Shown here one piece after another: positions 30,324-41,324 of a stretch of DNA of 64,000 bases. The notes under the pieces were generated by a model, which was given only the letters and a program-made list of their open reading frames with translations, searched no databases and was not told where the DNA came from. How positions within the stretch are numbered: position 1 is the stretch's first letter; each line of letters starts with the position of its first letter. Source of the stretch: Chamaesiphon sp. (GTDB taxonomy: Bacteria > Cyanobacteriota > Cyanobacteriia > Cyanobacteriales > Chamaesiphonaceae); assembly GCA_965246715.1 (NCBI GenBank), contig CBDFFH010000021.1, positions 64,001 to 128,000 of the forward strand. Reading direction: 5' to 3'. A program made the position numbers and the translations under genes.

Positions 30324-31325
30324 ATGTTGATTCGGGATCTGGGCGAACAGGGATTATTAAAATTAATTCAGCCTTATTGTCTGCCAAATACGATCGGGGA
30401 TGATGGCGCGATCGTGCGGGCATCTCCGGATCTCGAACTGGTGGTAACTACCGATGTATTGGTGGATGGGGTGCATTTTAGCGATCGCACGACTACTGCC
30501 TATGATGTCGGTTGGCGCTCGGTGGCTGCTAACTTATCAGATCTAGCAGCAATGGGGGCACGACCGCTGGGGATTACGGTGGGCTTGAGTTTGCCTCCCG
30601 AGTTACCTGTTGCGTGGTTGGAGCAGCTTTATGCGGGGATGCAGGCTTGTCTGCTGCGCTATGGGACAGGGATTATCGGTGGGGATTTGACTCGATCGAG
30701 TGTCACTACAGTAGCAATTACGGCTGTGGGTGAAGTTAAATCCGATCGCGCGATCCGTCGCAGTACCGCACAAGTAGGGGATGCGATCGTCATTACGGGT
30801 TATCATGGCAATTCTCATGGTGGCTTGCAATTGTTACTCCAACCCAAATTAGGGCAGCAGTTAACTCCAAGAGAGCGCGAAATTTTAATTACAGCGCATC
30901 AGCGTCCCCACCCAAGGCTGGATGTTTTGCCGATTCTCGATGAGTTAGTCCCAGCGTCTAACCAAGTATTTGCAGTTGCGGGGATGGATAGTAGCGATGG
31001 ATTGGCGGATGCGATCGTCCAGATTTGTCGATCGAGTGGGGTCGGTGCGAGATTGGATCGATCGGCGATTCCCTTATCATCATCGCTCACTCGATTATTT
31101 CCAGATACGGCACTAGCGTCAGCTCTAGATGGTGGCGAGGACTTCGAGCTAGTTTTGTGTTTGCCAGAATTCCAGGCTGCTCTGCTGGTCGATAAGCTCG
31201 ATCCCGGAGCCGCAATTATTGGCACAATTACTCGAGCGCTAGAAATTTTAGTAGTAGATCCTGACGATCGATTTCCACCGATCGATCTCGATTTACGCTC
31301 GGGATTTCAACATTTTTCTAATTGA
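30324..31325 (+). CDS. thiL: Thiamine-phosphate kinase
   Basis: IGDDGA, TDVLVDGVHF, NLSDLAAMG, MDSSDGL and GGEDFEL motifs. Confidence 0.96.
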   Translation: MLIRDLGEQGLLKLIQPYCLPNTIGDDGAIVRASPDLELVVTTDVLVDGVHFSDRTTTAYDVGWRSVAANLSDLAAMGARPLGITVGLSLPPELPVAWLEQLYAGMQACLLRYGTGIIGGDLTRSSVTTVAITAVGEVKSDRAIRRSTAQVGDAIVITGYHGNSHGGLQLLLQPKLGQQLTPREREILITAHQRPHPRLDVLPILDELVPASNQVFAVAGMDSSDGLADAIVQICRSSGVGARLDRSAIPLSSSLTRLFPDTALASALDGGEDFELVLCLPEFQAALLVDKLDPGAAIIGTITRALEILVVDPDDRFPPIDLDLRSGFQHFSN

Positions 31326-31480
31326 TGTTCGGGTTTTAGCCGTTACTCGATCGACTAAAGTAAGCCTTCCGCTGATGTCGCGATCCCCGATCCCGCCAAA
31401 TGACTGACTTAGATTCGGTCATGTGAGCGATAAGCAAAATCGATTACATGGGTTACAACAGAGGCATGTTTACTTCGTAA

Positions 31481-31726
31481 ATGGTGCGACCGATCGTTAT
31501 GACTAACCTCGTCAAGATGCTCGATGCTTTAGATACTGCGCTCTCTGTTGAAGAGGAATTAGCGATTCAAATGCCGCTGTTCGATTTATTTACAGCCGAT
31601 CGCACCGATTCAGAACCTAATTCGCTCGTCCAAAAATGCGATGAAATCTTAGCAAGTCTGTCGTCTTCAACGAACATTGAAGACGACAGACTCAATACTC
31701 AACTAGCCATCGGCGGTGAAATTTAA
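31481..31726 (+). CDS. Hypothetical small acidic protein
   Basis: ORF fills an otherwise empty gap; no recognisable motif. Confidence 0.4.
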   Translation: MVRPIVMTNLVKMLDALDTALSVEEELAIQMPLFDLFTADRTDSEPNSLVQKCDEILASLSSSTNIEDDRLNTQLAIGGEI

Positions 31727-32136
31727 CAATTGATTGAGATTTAGATGCCGATCGATCGTTTCAATCGTGATGAATGAGCGGGGTTCGCTCATTAAAGTCA
31801 TTGGTAAGTGTGTCGGCACAAATATTGACAACATCAAATTGCTTGAGATTCACAGATGATTACAGCATAGTTCAAGAACTTGTAGTTATTCGATTGTAAA
31901 GCCAGAAGCTATTAAATTTCTAGAGTGATAATAAATTTCGAGAAATAAAGCCCCTAATCATTAGTGAGCAAGGGCTAAGGGCTTTAGGATGTGATAAGGC
32001 AATTTTTCAATCAGTCAACATAAGCCAAATAGCTTAGTTTGAGTGTATGCTCATTCAAAGAGCGTAAAGTCTTCGCGCGCTCGAAACCTACCACTTAAAT
32101 GGTTGGCAACGCTTAAACCCCACTAATTTTAGAAAT

Positions 32137-32997
32137 ATGAATCTGAAATCATTGCAGACGCTTGCCTCAGTAGCTTGCTTGACATTGGCAGGAATACCTA
32201 TTGCTTCTACACCTGTTCGAGCTGTAATCCTTGCAACAAACACTGGTGCGACCGAAAGTGTCGATCCGCTTACAGGAGTTGTTACTACATACAACAATAA
32301 TACTAGTGTCGTGTTTGGTGACATCGCTCTATCTGATGCAAACGTTCTTTACGGCATCAGCTTTGGTCAGGCAACTACTAACCTCTATACTATTAGCTCC
32401 ACTCCATCTACAGCACCTACCCTAATTGGCTCTACAGGTACGACTTCAACTCAAAACCTAAATGGACTTGGCTTTGACGGTAGTGGCAACCTTTTTGCTA
32501 CTGGAGCATCAAATTTCTACTCGATCGACAAAACTACAGGCTTAGCAACTCAAGTCGGTGCTAGTATCACAAATTTTACAAGCTCGGGGGACATTGCTTT
32601 CGATCTAAAAAACAATCAGTTTTACGCTGTTTCGCAGCCAACTACTGGTAACAGTGTATTGTTTAGCATCGCCACCAATGGAACTGCTGCACAAATTGGC
32701 AGCGATCTCGGTGTTGCTAATGTTTATGGATTGGCATTCGATAATGGTTTACTCTATGGCTACTCCGCAACTGGGCAAGAATTAACTATTAACCAAGCCA
32801 CAGGAGCAGCAGTAGTAAAACTTAATGTTGCAGGTACACAAGCTGATAATGCCAGTAGCACTGTTAATATCTACGGCTCCGCCAACAAAAACAGCGCATC
32901 ACAAACAGTACCAGAACCATTCACAATTATAGGCACCTTAATCGGTGGAACAGCAGCATTCAGAATGAGAAAGAAACTCAAAGCGGTCGCCTCTTAA
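32137..32997 (+). CDS. PEP-CTERM sorting domain protein (beta-propeller-like body)
   Basis: Signal peptide, repeated GDIAF/GLAF/GLGF blades and a VPEPFTIIGTLIGGTAAFRMRKKLK tail. Confidence 0.9.
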   Translation: MNLKSLQTLASVACLTLAGIPIASTPVRAVILATNTGATESVDPLTGVVTTYNNNTSVVFGDIALSDANVLYGISFGQATTNLYTISSTPSTAPTLIGSTGTTSTQNLNGLGFDGSGNLFATGASNFYSIDKTTGLATQVGASITNFTSSGDIAFDLKNNQFYAVSQPTTGNSVLFSIATNGTAAQIGSDLGVANVYGLAFDNGLLYGYSATGQELTINQATGAAVVKLNVAGTQADNASSTVNIYGSANKNSASQTVPEPFTIIGTLIGGTAAFRMRKKLKAVAS

Positions 32998-33245
32998 TCC
33001 CAAGTCCCCAAAAATTCCCCATATCATACCCTAAAAACCCGTATTCCTTGCTGCTGTGGCAATGCAGGCGTTTTGTTTCGATCGATCTCATCTAAACACT
33101 CACACCAATCGATCGAAACAGAGCGTCAACCTAGATTGAGGCGAACTTCTATCTATCAGCATCTTGCACATCAGGCTATTTTGATGGCTGGTTGTTAGGA
33201 TAAAGCTGGGATGAAGACGAACAGCCAACAACACACAGAGCGATC

Positions 33246-34877
33246 GTGAATTTAATTGAATTTTTACTCAAAGCGTCTTGGCGGAGCGTCTTAGCCGCCG
33301 CGATCGCCGGGACGCTGGGGGGCATTTGTAGTGCCGCCGCGATCGCAGTTATCAATCAATCGATTAGCCAGATTACTCCCACTCACCCGCAAGCATCCAC
33401 AGACTTATTCTGGGGCTTTCTCGTACTAGTAGCGATTACGCTCGTCAATAATCTCATTTCGCAATTTGTCTTGGCACAGTTGGCACAAGATGCGATCTAC
33501 AAGCTCCGACTCCGGATTAGCGGTTGGATCTTGGCTTCACCATTGCAACATCTCGAATCACTCGGTGCCAATCGCCTCCTGGCTACCTTAACTGAGGATA
33601 TTCAAGCGATTTCCAATGCCGTGTTTAATATCCCGGCATTGTGTGTCAATGTCGCACTGATCTTTGCCGCGTTGACTTATTTGGGTTGGTTGTCTGGCTG
33701 GGTGCTAATCGGGACGTTGGTATTTCTCGTGCTGAGTATCAGTATGGTACAAGTACTAATCGCTCGCGCCGTGTATTGGTTTACTCAAGCGAGAGAAGAG
33801 AATGATGCGCTGATGCAGCACTTTCGGGCGATTACCGATGGGGTGAAAGAACTCAAGCTCAATTCGCTCCGCCGCGACGATTTTATGACCGAGGATTTGG
33901 ATGCGACGGCGGCGGCGCTGCGAAACTATCGGATCGGCTCGCAACGGGCGATTGCGTTATCGACAACTTTAGGTGATGTTTCGTTGTTCGTGCTGTTTGG
34001 ATTGTTAGTGTACGGGTTGCCCCAAGTGACTACGGTTTCGGCGGGATTGCTGTCGGGGTATGTGATCACGATGTCCTATCTGATGCGTCCGCTCGGGAAT
34101 ATTCTCGCGACACTCCCGAGTCTCGGCTTAGCAGGTGTCGCCTTGCGAAAAATCGATACATTGGGGTTGTCGCTGATAAATCAGGCGGAAGTATCAGCCC
34201 AAATTACTGCCAAACGGACGGGATTCGATCGGATTGAAATCTCTCAGGCAACGCATATTTACCGGATGGAAGGACAACAAGCAGCGACTTTTACCTTGGG
34301 GCCGATCGATCTGACGATCGCACCTGGAGAATTAATCTTTATCGTCGGCGGGAATGGGAGCGGTAAATCGACATTAGCCAAGCTGATTACCGGATTATAT
34401 ATGCCCGATGCGGGACAAATTAGGTTAGATGGTAAGGCGATCGATGACAAAAATCGCGAAGCTTATCGGCAGTTATTTTCGACGGTATTTGCTGACTTTT
34501 ATTTATTCGATCGCTTAGTCGGCATTCGGCTCGATAATCTAGACGCACAAGCCAAGGCTTATCTAGAGCAACTAGAACTTACCCATAAAGTCGAAGTTCG
34601 CAACGGTAAACTTTCGACTACCGCACTCTCCCAAGGCCAGCGCAAACGGTTGGCACTCCTGACAGCATATCTTGAAGATCGTCCGATCTACTTATTTGAT
34701 GAATGGGCGGCAGACCAAGACCCGTTTTTTCGTGAGGTGTTTTACAAACAGCTGTTACCGGAGTTAAAGCAACGTGGTAAGGCGGTTTTGGTAATCAGTC
34801 ATGACGATCGCTACTTCCATTTAGCCGATCGGTTGTTGAAACTAGACTATGGGAAGATAGTTAATAGTCAACAGTGA
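33246..34877 (+). CDS. Cyclic peptide export ABC transporter (SyrD/PvdE/YojI family)
   Basis: TM domain + GGNGSGKST, LSQGQRKRLAL, FDEWAADQDP and ISHDD motifs. Confidence 0.93.
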   Translation: MNLIEFLLKASWRSVLAAAIAGTLGGICSAAAIAVINQSISQITPTHPQASTDLFWGFLVLVAITLVNNLISQFVLAQLAQDAIYKLRLRISGWILASPLQHLESLGANRLLATLTEDIQAISNAVFNIPALCVNVALIFAALTYLGWLSGWVLIGTLVFLVLSISMVQVLIARAVYWFTQAREENDALMQHFRAITDGVKELKLNSLRRDDFMTEDLDATAAALRNYRIGSQRAIALSTTLGDVSLFVLFGLLVYGLPQVTTVSAGLLSGYVITMSYLMRPLGNILATLPSLGLAGVALRKIDTLGLSLINQAEVSAQITAKRTGFDRIEISQATHIYRMEGQQAATFTLGPIDLTIAPGELIFIVGGNGSGKSTLAKLITGLYMPDAGQIRLDGKAIDDKNREAYRQLFSTVFADFYLFDRLVGIRLDNLDAQAKAYLEQLELTHKVEVRNGKLSTTALSQGQRKRLALLTAYLEDRPIYLFDEWAADQDPFFREVFYKQLLPELKQRGKAVLVISHDDRYFHLADRLLKLDYGKIVNSQQ

Positions 34878-35009
34878 ATAGTGAATAGTGAACAGTGGAT
34901 AATGTGGTCGTTTGTTATTGGTAGAGATGTTTCGGTGGCCTCTACAATTAATGTTGTGCTTTATTTATCTACTCACTCTCCCCTAACCCCTAATCTCTAA
35001 TCCCTAACG

Positions 35010-35951
35010 ATGCGTTTCTACACCTCCCACCCCGATCTCACCAAACTTGCAGAACAGGCGCTAGCGAATACTTGGGCGGAATTTCCCAATTTGGGACGCG
35101 AACAGATCGCATTGACGTGGATCGTGTACGATCGACCGTTTCCAGTGAATACGGGTGGGGCGATTACACCGGACGAACTGTGGCGATATCCGGTGCGGGG
35201 ATATAGTTATCGGAGTGGCGAACGGATTTATCCAGCTAGTCTGGCGAAGTTATTTTATTTGGTAGCGATGCATGAGTGGTTGGAGCAGGGGATGGCGACA
35301 GTATCTAGCGAACTCGCTCGCGCGATCCGGGATATGACGATCGACTCTAGCAACGATGCGACTAGTCTAGTTGTCGATACGCTCACGGGTACCACTAGCG
35401 GGCCGGAATTATCAGCAGGGCCATTTACCACCTGGAAAGCCCAGCGCAATCTCGTTAATCGCTACTATCAATCGCTCGGCTGGCTGGAATTAGATCCGAT
35501 TAATATCAATCAAAAAACTTGGAGCGAAGGCCCCTACGGACGCGAACGCATTTTTGTCGGCGAGATGCGGGAAAACCGGAATATGTTGACCACCGATGCT
35601 GTGGCGAGATTGCTGCATAGTATTGTCGGCGGCGCAGCAGTAAGTGGCGATCGATCGGGACAAATGATGCAACTGCTCCAGCGCGATCTCCATCTCGCTG
35701 GAACCCCGCCCGCTCCAGGCGAAGAGAACCAAGTAAATGGCTTTCTAGGGGCGGGATTACCGCCTGAGAGTCAAATTTGGTCGAAGGCTGGCTGGACATC
35801 GCAGGTGCGTCACGATGCGGCTTATATCGAATTACCAGACCGCCAACCCTATTTACTCGTCGCGTTTATAGAAGGTACCACTAACAGTCAGAATCGGGAG
35901 ATTTTGCCCTTGCTCTCGGATCGATTCGTTACCGCGATGTCCCAAATCTAA
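35010..35951 (+). CDS. Serine hydrolase (class A beta-lactamase-like)
   Basis: PASLAK (SxxK), SSNDAT, SKAG and RHDAA motifs. Confidence 0.9.
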   Translation: MRFYTSHPDLTKLAEQALANTWAEFPNLGREQIALTWIVYDRPFPVNTGGAITPDELWRYPVRGYSYRSGERIYPASLAKLFYLVAMHEWLEQGMATVSSELARAIRDMTIDSSNDATSLVVDTLTGTTSGPELSAGPFTTWKAQRNLVNRYYQSLGWLELDPININQKTWSEGPYGRERIFVGEMRENRNMLTTDAVARLLHSIVGGAAVSGDRSGQMMQLLQRDLHLAGTPPAPGEENQVNGFLGAGLPPESQIWSKAGWTSQVRHDAAYIELPDRQPYLLVAFIEGTTNSQNREILPLLSDRFVTAMSQI

Positions 35952-36119
35952 GCGATTCGATCGATCGATTTTAAATCTGGAAACTATCCGCGCGATTATT
36001 TAGTCTAGAATTCTTTAAGGGATTAGATTTTAGCAATTGCTTACATAGCATCTATTCTGAATGATTGCTAACTAGAGCCGATAGAATAACTAAATTTTGA
36101 GGAGTAATCAATATCCATT

Positions 36120-36767
36120 ATGCCCTTACCGATCGCTACACCAGCAACAGCGCTCATTGCCCCACAACTCGCTCCCAGCCAAGTTAAAAAGTCTGACGCG
36201 AAACTGAAATTTGGTTTGAGTTCGACAAGTGCCGCACTTTTAACTAGCCCCGATTTGAAGGCGGCACCATTACTGCCAAAGATCGCTCAATCCGAGCTTC
36301 CTGGTGGTTCTACTCCACCCCCGCCAGCACCTACCGCACCCCCTGAACCCAGCATTCGCGATACAGGTAGCGGCTACCCCTCTAGAATTCCTGCTAACTA
36401 TTTTGGCCCCGCACTCGGGTTTGGCAATGGCAACACGTCTTTTGGTGTCATCAGCAGATTCCCATTTGGGAATAAGCTCTCGATCCGGCCATCTGCTGTT
36501 TTTGGCAACAATACAACTTTACGCGTGCCAGTTACCTATGATTTCGCTTTGGGCGATCCCGAGCCGTTCGAGCGCAATCCACTGATCGTGTTTAATGCTG
36601 GGGCTGGGATTCAGTACACGTCAGGGAATAACAACAGTAAGTTTGGCATTTTAGGCACGATCGGGATCGATGTCAATCTATTTGAAGGTACGGTATTAGT
36701 CGGCAGTTTTAATACTGATTTTGCTAATAATAATGGTACCAATGTTGGTTTGGGATTTGAGTTTTAG
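36120..36767 (+). CDS. Hypothetical outer-membrane beta-barrel-like protein
   Basis: Pro-rich linker, amphipathic strands and terminal GLGFEF. Confidence 0.7.
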   Translation: MPLPIATPATALIAPQLAPSQVKKSDAKLKFGLSSTSAALLTSPDLKAAPLLPKIAQSELPGGSTPPPPAPTAPPEPSIRDTGSGYPSRIPANYFGPALGFGNGNTSFGVISRFPFGNKLSIRPSAVFGNNTTLRVPVTYDFALGDPEPFERNPLIVFNAGAGIQYTSGNNNSKFGILGTIGIDVNLFEGTVLVGSFNTDFANNNGTNVGLGFEF

Positions 36768-36797
36768 TTAGTGGCTAGCCACCATCCTCCCAAGATC

Positions 36798-38081
36798 CTA
36801 TCCGCCATCCCCGATTTTCACTGGTAATCTAACGGCAAATTCCGTCCAGCCATTGATGCTAGCGACGTGAATTTGACCGTTTAATTGCTGGACTAATTTT
36901 TGGACGATCGAGAGTCCCAGGCCAGTGCCACCTTGGTGGTCGCGATCGCCGCCAGGAACGCGATAAAATTGGTCGAAGATATAAGGTAAATGTTTTTCGG
37001 CAATTTCGGCCTGATTTTTAATGGCGATCGTCAGCGATTCGGAATTGGGATTGCTATCGACTTCGACCGAAATCTTTCCACCCGATTGCGTGTATTTACA
37101 GGCATTATTAACTAGCTCGGTCAAGATTTTAGTTAGATAAACTCGATTGGTAGCAATCGTCGGCAACCATTCGGACGTGGATGTAGTTAGTGCTTGATGG
37201 CGCGTATCAGCACGATGGATGAATGGCTCGATCGTCGTTGGTAACCAAGTGGCAATTTCTACCGAGTCGATATCGACTCGATCGTTTAACGGCGCTCCTG
37301 ACCTGTCAGCAGTGAGTTTCAATCGCTGTAATTCTAGAATATTATCGATTGCATCTACCTCGCGATCGCATTCTTGTTCCAATACTGCTAAATACTTTTG
37401 TGCGCGATGCCCGGAGATTAAAGCTGCGATCTCGTGGTCTGTATTTAGACTGATTTTTAACATCCGCACTGCCATTTTAATATTCATTAATGGTGCGCGC
37501 AAGTCATGAGAAATAGTATTAATAAATTCTTCTTTTTGCTGACAGATCGATTCTAATTCGCTAATTCGTTCGATTAATTCTGCTAGATCTGATAGAGGTG
37601 AAGAAGTGTGAGCGATCGAAATCGAATTAGGCATGATGTCCAGCTCCCGATTCATCGCCGTCAGTAATTGTTGTCCTAGTGCTTGTACCCAGGATAAGTC
37701 TTGTGGAGTCCACACGCTTTTTTGATTGCCGATCAGGCAAATTCTCCCCCACAATCGACCGGAATTACTGCTGCCAAAACCTGTTGGCAGTTCGAGTAGG
37801 GGCACAAACACATATCGATCGCAAATATGGATATTCATCACCGTTGTCGTGGCGGTAAATTCCACAATTTCGCGATCGTGCATTCGAGCATCGATCTCTT
37901 GTTCTTTGGCAGGTTCCAATCTGAGGATCGATCGACCGAGATCGGGTAACTGGGCGATTGTCAACCATCGCTGTGACTGCGGTTGATATTGTTGGATCGA
38001 TACGCCGTACAGGACGAGAATTTCCTGAATTTGGGTGGCGGTGAGTTGACAGAGATAATTTGTGTCGATGGGACTGAACAT
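36798..38081 (-). CDS. GAF-containing sensor histidine kinase
   Basis: SHDLRAPL H-box, ELVNNACKY, FDQFYRV and GGTGLGL motifs; degenerate N-terminal GAF. Confidence 0.93.
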   Translation of the reverse strand: MFSPIDTNYLCQLTATQIQEILVLYGVSIQQYQPQSQRWLTIAQLPDLGRSILRLEPAKEQEIDARMHDREIVEFTATTTVMNIHICDRYVFVPLLELPTGFGSSNSGRLWGRICLIGNQKSVWTPQDLSWVQALGQQLLTAMNRELDIMPNSISIAHTSSPLSDLAELIERISELESICQQKEEFINTISHDLRAPLMNIKMAVRMLKISLNTDHEIAALISGHRAQKYLAVLEQECDREVDAIDNILELQRLKLTADRSGAPLNDRVDIDSVEIATWLPTTIEPFIHRADTRHQALTTSTSEWLPTIATNRVYLTKILTELVNNACKYTQSGGKISVEVDSNPNSESLTIAIKNQAEIAEKHLPYIFDQFYRVPGGDRDHQGGTGLGLSIVQKLVQQLNGQIHVASINGWTEFAVRLPVKIGDGG

Positions 38082-38194
38082 GGATGATTATCGGCCATTA
38101 TCGGGGTTATGAAGCAGTCAGGAGGAGAATCTATCGATCCAACTAGATTAATAAAATTTGTTACAATTTATAGATAAGATCCAATAAAAAGCAT

Positions 38195-38935
38195 ATGAGC
38201 GATTTTTCCGAAGAACGGCAATTAGTGCCAAGTGAAGCTGCTGCCATCGCAGCAGCAGTAAGCCAACGAGAATCAGCCAACTCAACAGTATTATCCCAAC
38301 AGTTAGAGAGTACAAATCTCCGCGATCGCATGGTAGCATTGGCCTCGCTCCGAGATCTGCCTGCTGATGTCGCACTGCCATTGATTAAAAAAGTTCTCAA
38401 TGACGAAAGCTTGCAACTGCGATCGATGGCAGTATTTGCTTTAGGTGTCAAAGTCACTCCAGAATCTTACCCGATTTTGATCGATATCCTCGCTAACGAC
38501 CCAGATTATGGGATTCGGGCAGATGCTGCGGGTGCATTGGGCTACTTAGAGGATATTCGCGCCTTTGAAGGATTAGTCAGGGCATTTTATGAAGATACCG
38601 ACTGGTTGGTACGGTTTAGTGCGGCAGTGTCCTTGGGCAATCTCAAAGATCCACGAGCTTTTGACGTACTGATGCGCGCGTTAGATTCGCCAGAAATCGT
38701 CCTCCAACAGGCAGCAATTGCGGCACTTGGTGAGATTAAGGCGATCGCGGCGGTCGATCGCTTGGTACTATTTATCGAAGCTGAGGACTGGATGACCCGC
38801 CAACGGTTAGCTGAGTCGCTGGGACAATTGCCTACTGCTAAAAGTATCTCGGCACTGAAGTATCTCACCAAGGATAGTCATCCGCATGTTTCGGCAGCGG
38901 CAACGATCTGTTTGCAACGACTGAATGAAGGATAG
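38195..38935 (+). CDS. nblB: HEAT-repeat (PBS lyase) protein, NblB-like
   Basis: RSMAVFALG, DPDYGIRADAAGALGYL and EDTDWLVRFSAAVSLG motifs. Confidence 0.8.
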   Translation: MSDFSEERQLVPSEAAAIAAAVSQRESANSTVLSQQLESTNLRDRMVALASLRDLPADVALPLIKKVLNDESLQLRSMAVFALGVKVTPESYPILIDILANDPDYGIRADAAGALGYLEDIRAFEGLVRAFYEDTDWLVRFSAAVSLGNLKDPRAFDVLMRALDSPEIVLQQAAIAALGEIKAIAAVDRLVLFIEAEDWMTRQRLAESLGQLPTAKSISALKYLTKDSHPHVSAAATICLQRLNEG

Positions 38936-39121
38936 ATCTCGCGGTTGACGCTCGTGCGTTATGCTGAGGCGATCGCACATCCTAACTCTAGAGAGCTAAA
39001 GGGTGTGTCCCTGCCGAGCATAACGCACATCTGCCGATCGTCTACCGTTGTCGAACTAGGGACGATCGACTGGGGAAGTTATACTGGTTTATCGATCGAA
39101 ATATAATTTTTAAGATTCATC

Positions 39122-39661
39122 ATGGATGTCAAAGAATTTTTTGAGTTGAGTGCGGGTAAATGGTTTTCGCAAAAAACCAGCCACCATCTCACTTTGAAAC
39201 AATCAGAACACGGCAAATCCGATCTTGTCATTGACATCCTCCCTAGCGAAGATCCGCAGGTCATCCAATTGTGTCAACAAGCTAATGTCGATCGTAATGC
39301 GATCTGGGGTGGTGCGAAATATACCTGGAAAGGCACGACACACTGGGATGCCCAGCAGCAGAGTCCAGCAAATCAACAGGGTGCGGCGATCGTGATTTTG
39401 GTTCCAAGTCAGCCAGGATCGAAGTCTGGTAAGCTATTTCGCACTAATATTGGGGCTGCTGAGACTGCACCGATCGCGGCTGAGTATACATTGGGTGAAG
39501 ATAATGCCCTAACTTTGGTTACTAAAGACGATCGAATTCACTCGGAAGAACGCATCTGGTTCGAGAGCGATAACGTCCGCCTCCGGACGACGATTGTTTC
39601 TCAGCCTAATGATGATGCGCTGGCTGCTTTTTATACCGAAATTCGGATGGGTGGAAAGTAG
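39122..39661 (+). CDS. cpcS: Phycobiliprotein lyase, CpcS/CpeS family
   Basis: FFELSAGKWFSQKTSHHL, SEERIWF...VRLRT and FYTEIR motifs. Confidence 0.8.
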   Translation: MDVKEFFELSAGKWFSQKTSHHLTLKQSEHGKSDLVIDILPSEDPQVIQLCQQANVDRNAIWGGAKYTWKGTTHWDAQQQSPANQQGAAIVILVPSQPGSKSGKLFRTNIGAAETAPIAAEYTLGEDNALTLVTKDDRIHSEERIWFESDNVRLRTTIVSQPNDDALAAFYTEIRMGGK

Positions 39662-39887
39662 TCCCACGCTGAATAGTTTCGATCGCGGGTTGTTTGAGTG
39701 ACAGGAGCGAAAAGCTGACAGTCGGCTGATTTCAGCCTTGTGGGGAGACGGGCTTCGATCTGTATCGACGATCGTAACGCAGCTGCTGATACAGAAATTT
39801 TCAAATTCTTGGGTTGCTCGGTTGCGAAAAGTTGCGCGCAGTGTAAGAATGCGGTTGGTCTATTATTAAGCGAATCTTTACAAATAC

Positions 39888-40949
39888 GTGCAATCTAATT
39901 TAGTCGAACCGATCGGTCACAGCACAGCTCAATTCGAGCGAGAACGGCTCCCTTTCACCATCCAAGATGTTAGACAAGCAATTCCCAAGCATTGTTTTGT
40001 CCCATCAACCTGGAAATCCTTAGCTTACTTTTTTCGCGATGTGGCGATCGTTACTGGATTATACGTATTAGCAGCCCAGCTAGATTCTTGGTTTTTCTAT
40101 CCAGCATTCTGGTTCATGCAAGCGACGATGTTTTGGGCGTTATTCGTCATCGGACACGATTGCGGACATGGCTCGTTCTCGCGTCACAAATGGCTCAACG
40201 ATCTGGTCGGGCACATTTCCCACTCATTTATTTTGGTACCATATCACGGTTGGCGGATCAGCCACCGGACGCACCACAAAAACACTGGCAACATCGAAAC
40301 CGATGAAAGTTGGTATCCCGTCTCAGAAGATAAATACGACGAGATGCAGTGGTGGGAGAAGTTTCTCCGGTTTGATTTCACTTTATTATTTGCTTATCCT
40401 TTATATTTATTCCGTCGCTCGCCCGAACGTCCGGGTGGTTCTCACTTCCATCCAGCTAGCCCGATCTTCCGCCCTTCTGAAAAGTGGGACGTAATTACCA
40501 GCAGTATCTGTTGTGCGGTAATGGTTGGCTTAGTCGCTGCTGGTACCTTTACTTGGGGCTGGTTGTGGTTGGTTAAGTTTTATTTGGTGCCTTATCTTGG
40601 CTTTGTCGTGTGGTTGGATTTGGTAACTTTCTTGCACCATACCGACGACGATTTACCTTGGTATCGTGGTAAAGATTGGTACTTCCTCAAAGGGGCGATC
40701 TCGACGATCGATCATGATTATGGGATCTTCAATGATATCCACCATAACATCGGCACCCACGTCGCTCACCATATCTTCTTATCGATCCCTCACTACCATC
40801 TCTTAGAGGCAACAGCGGCGATTAAACCAGTTTTAGGTAGTTATTATCACAAATCAGATCGATCTCTCTGGGCAGCCTTCTGGGATGCTAAGGTGAACTG
40901 TCACTTTGTCTCGAATACTGGCTCGAAAATTTATTATCAGTCGAAGTAG
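39888..40949 (+). CDS. desB: Omega-3 acyl-lipid desaturase
   Basis: His boxes HDCGH, HRTHH and HVAHH; VPYHGWRISH. Confidence 0.92.
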   Translation: MQSNLVEPIGHSTAQFERERLPFTIQDVRQAIPKHCFVPSTWKSLAYFFRDVAIVTGLYVLAAQLDSWFFYPAFWFMQATMFWALFVIGHDCGHGSFSRHKWLNDLVGHISHSFILVPYHGWRISHRTHHKNTGNIETDESWYPVSEDKYDEMQWWEKFLRFDFTLLFAYPLYLFRRSPERPGGSHFHPASPIFRPSEKWDVITSSICCAVMVGLVAAGTFTWGWLWLVKFYLVPYLGFVVWLDLVTFLHHTDDDLPWYRGKDWYFLKGAISTIDHDYGIFNDIHHNIGTHVAHHIFLSIPHYHLLEATAAIKPVLGSYYHKSDRSLWAAFWDAKVNCHFVSNTGSKIYYQSK

Positions 40950-40980
40950 TGAACAGTGAACAGTTGAGAGTTCATATGTA

Positions 40981-41024
40981 AAAAAAAGGGGCGATCGAAA
41001 TATATACATTCGATCGCTCTTTTA
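40981..41024. terminator. Hairpin terminator after desB
   Basis: AAAAGGGGCGATCGAA...TTCGATCGCTCTTTT. Confidence 0.7.
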
Positions 41025-41251
41025 TGTTGTCTGGTGTTGTAGAGGCGATCGATTGTTGTTGCGAGTCTAAGATAGTAATTTGTAGGGTGGGCAGTGGCCA
41101 CCACAGGGATTTTAACCGATCGCTATCAATACTAAAAATGAGATTATTACTAAAATTTAGATTTGAGAAGATATGCCCGCTCGGGTGACTATCTACTGTC
41201 GCAAATCGGTGATTCGCGTAACCGCAGGAGAGATTCTTGCGGGACTCGAAA

Positions 41252-41297
41252 TAGCCGCGACTTCAGTCGCAGGCAAGAAATAGATAGCAACTTGGGT
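41252..41297. mobile_element. Single end of the ACCCAAGTTGCTACC MITE family
   Basis: Near-identical reverse complement of 12961-13006. Confidence 0.8.
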
Positions 41298-41324
41298 TAG
41301 TTTAGACCTAATTACCGTGAGTTT

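Noticed and set aside
33074..33120. Yfr1-like sRNA (hairpin loop with ACTCACAC)
   Set aside because: It lacks the exact ACTCCTCACAC motif between two hairpins; the stem is largely HIP1-like sequence.
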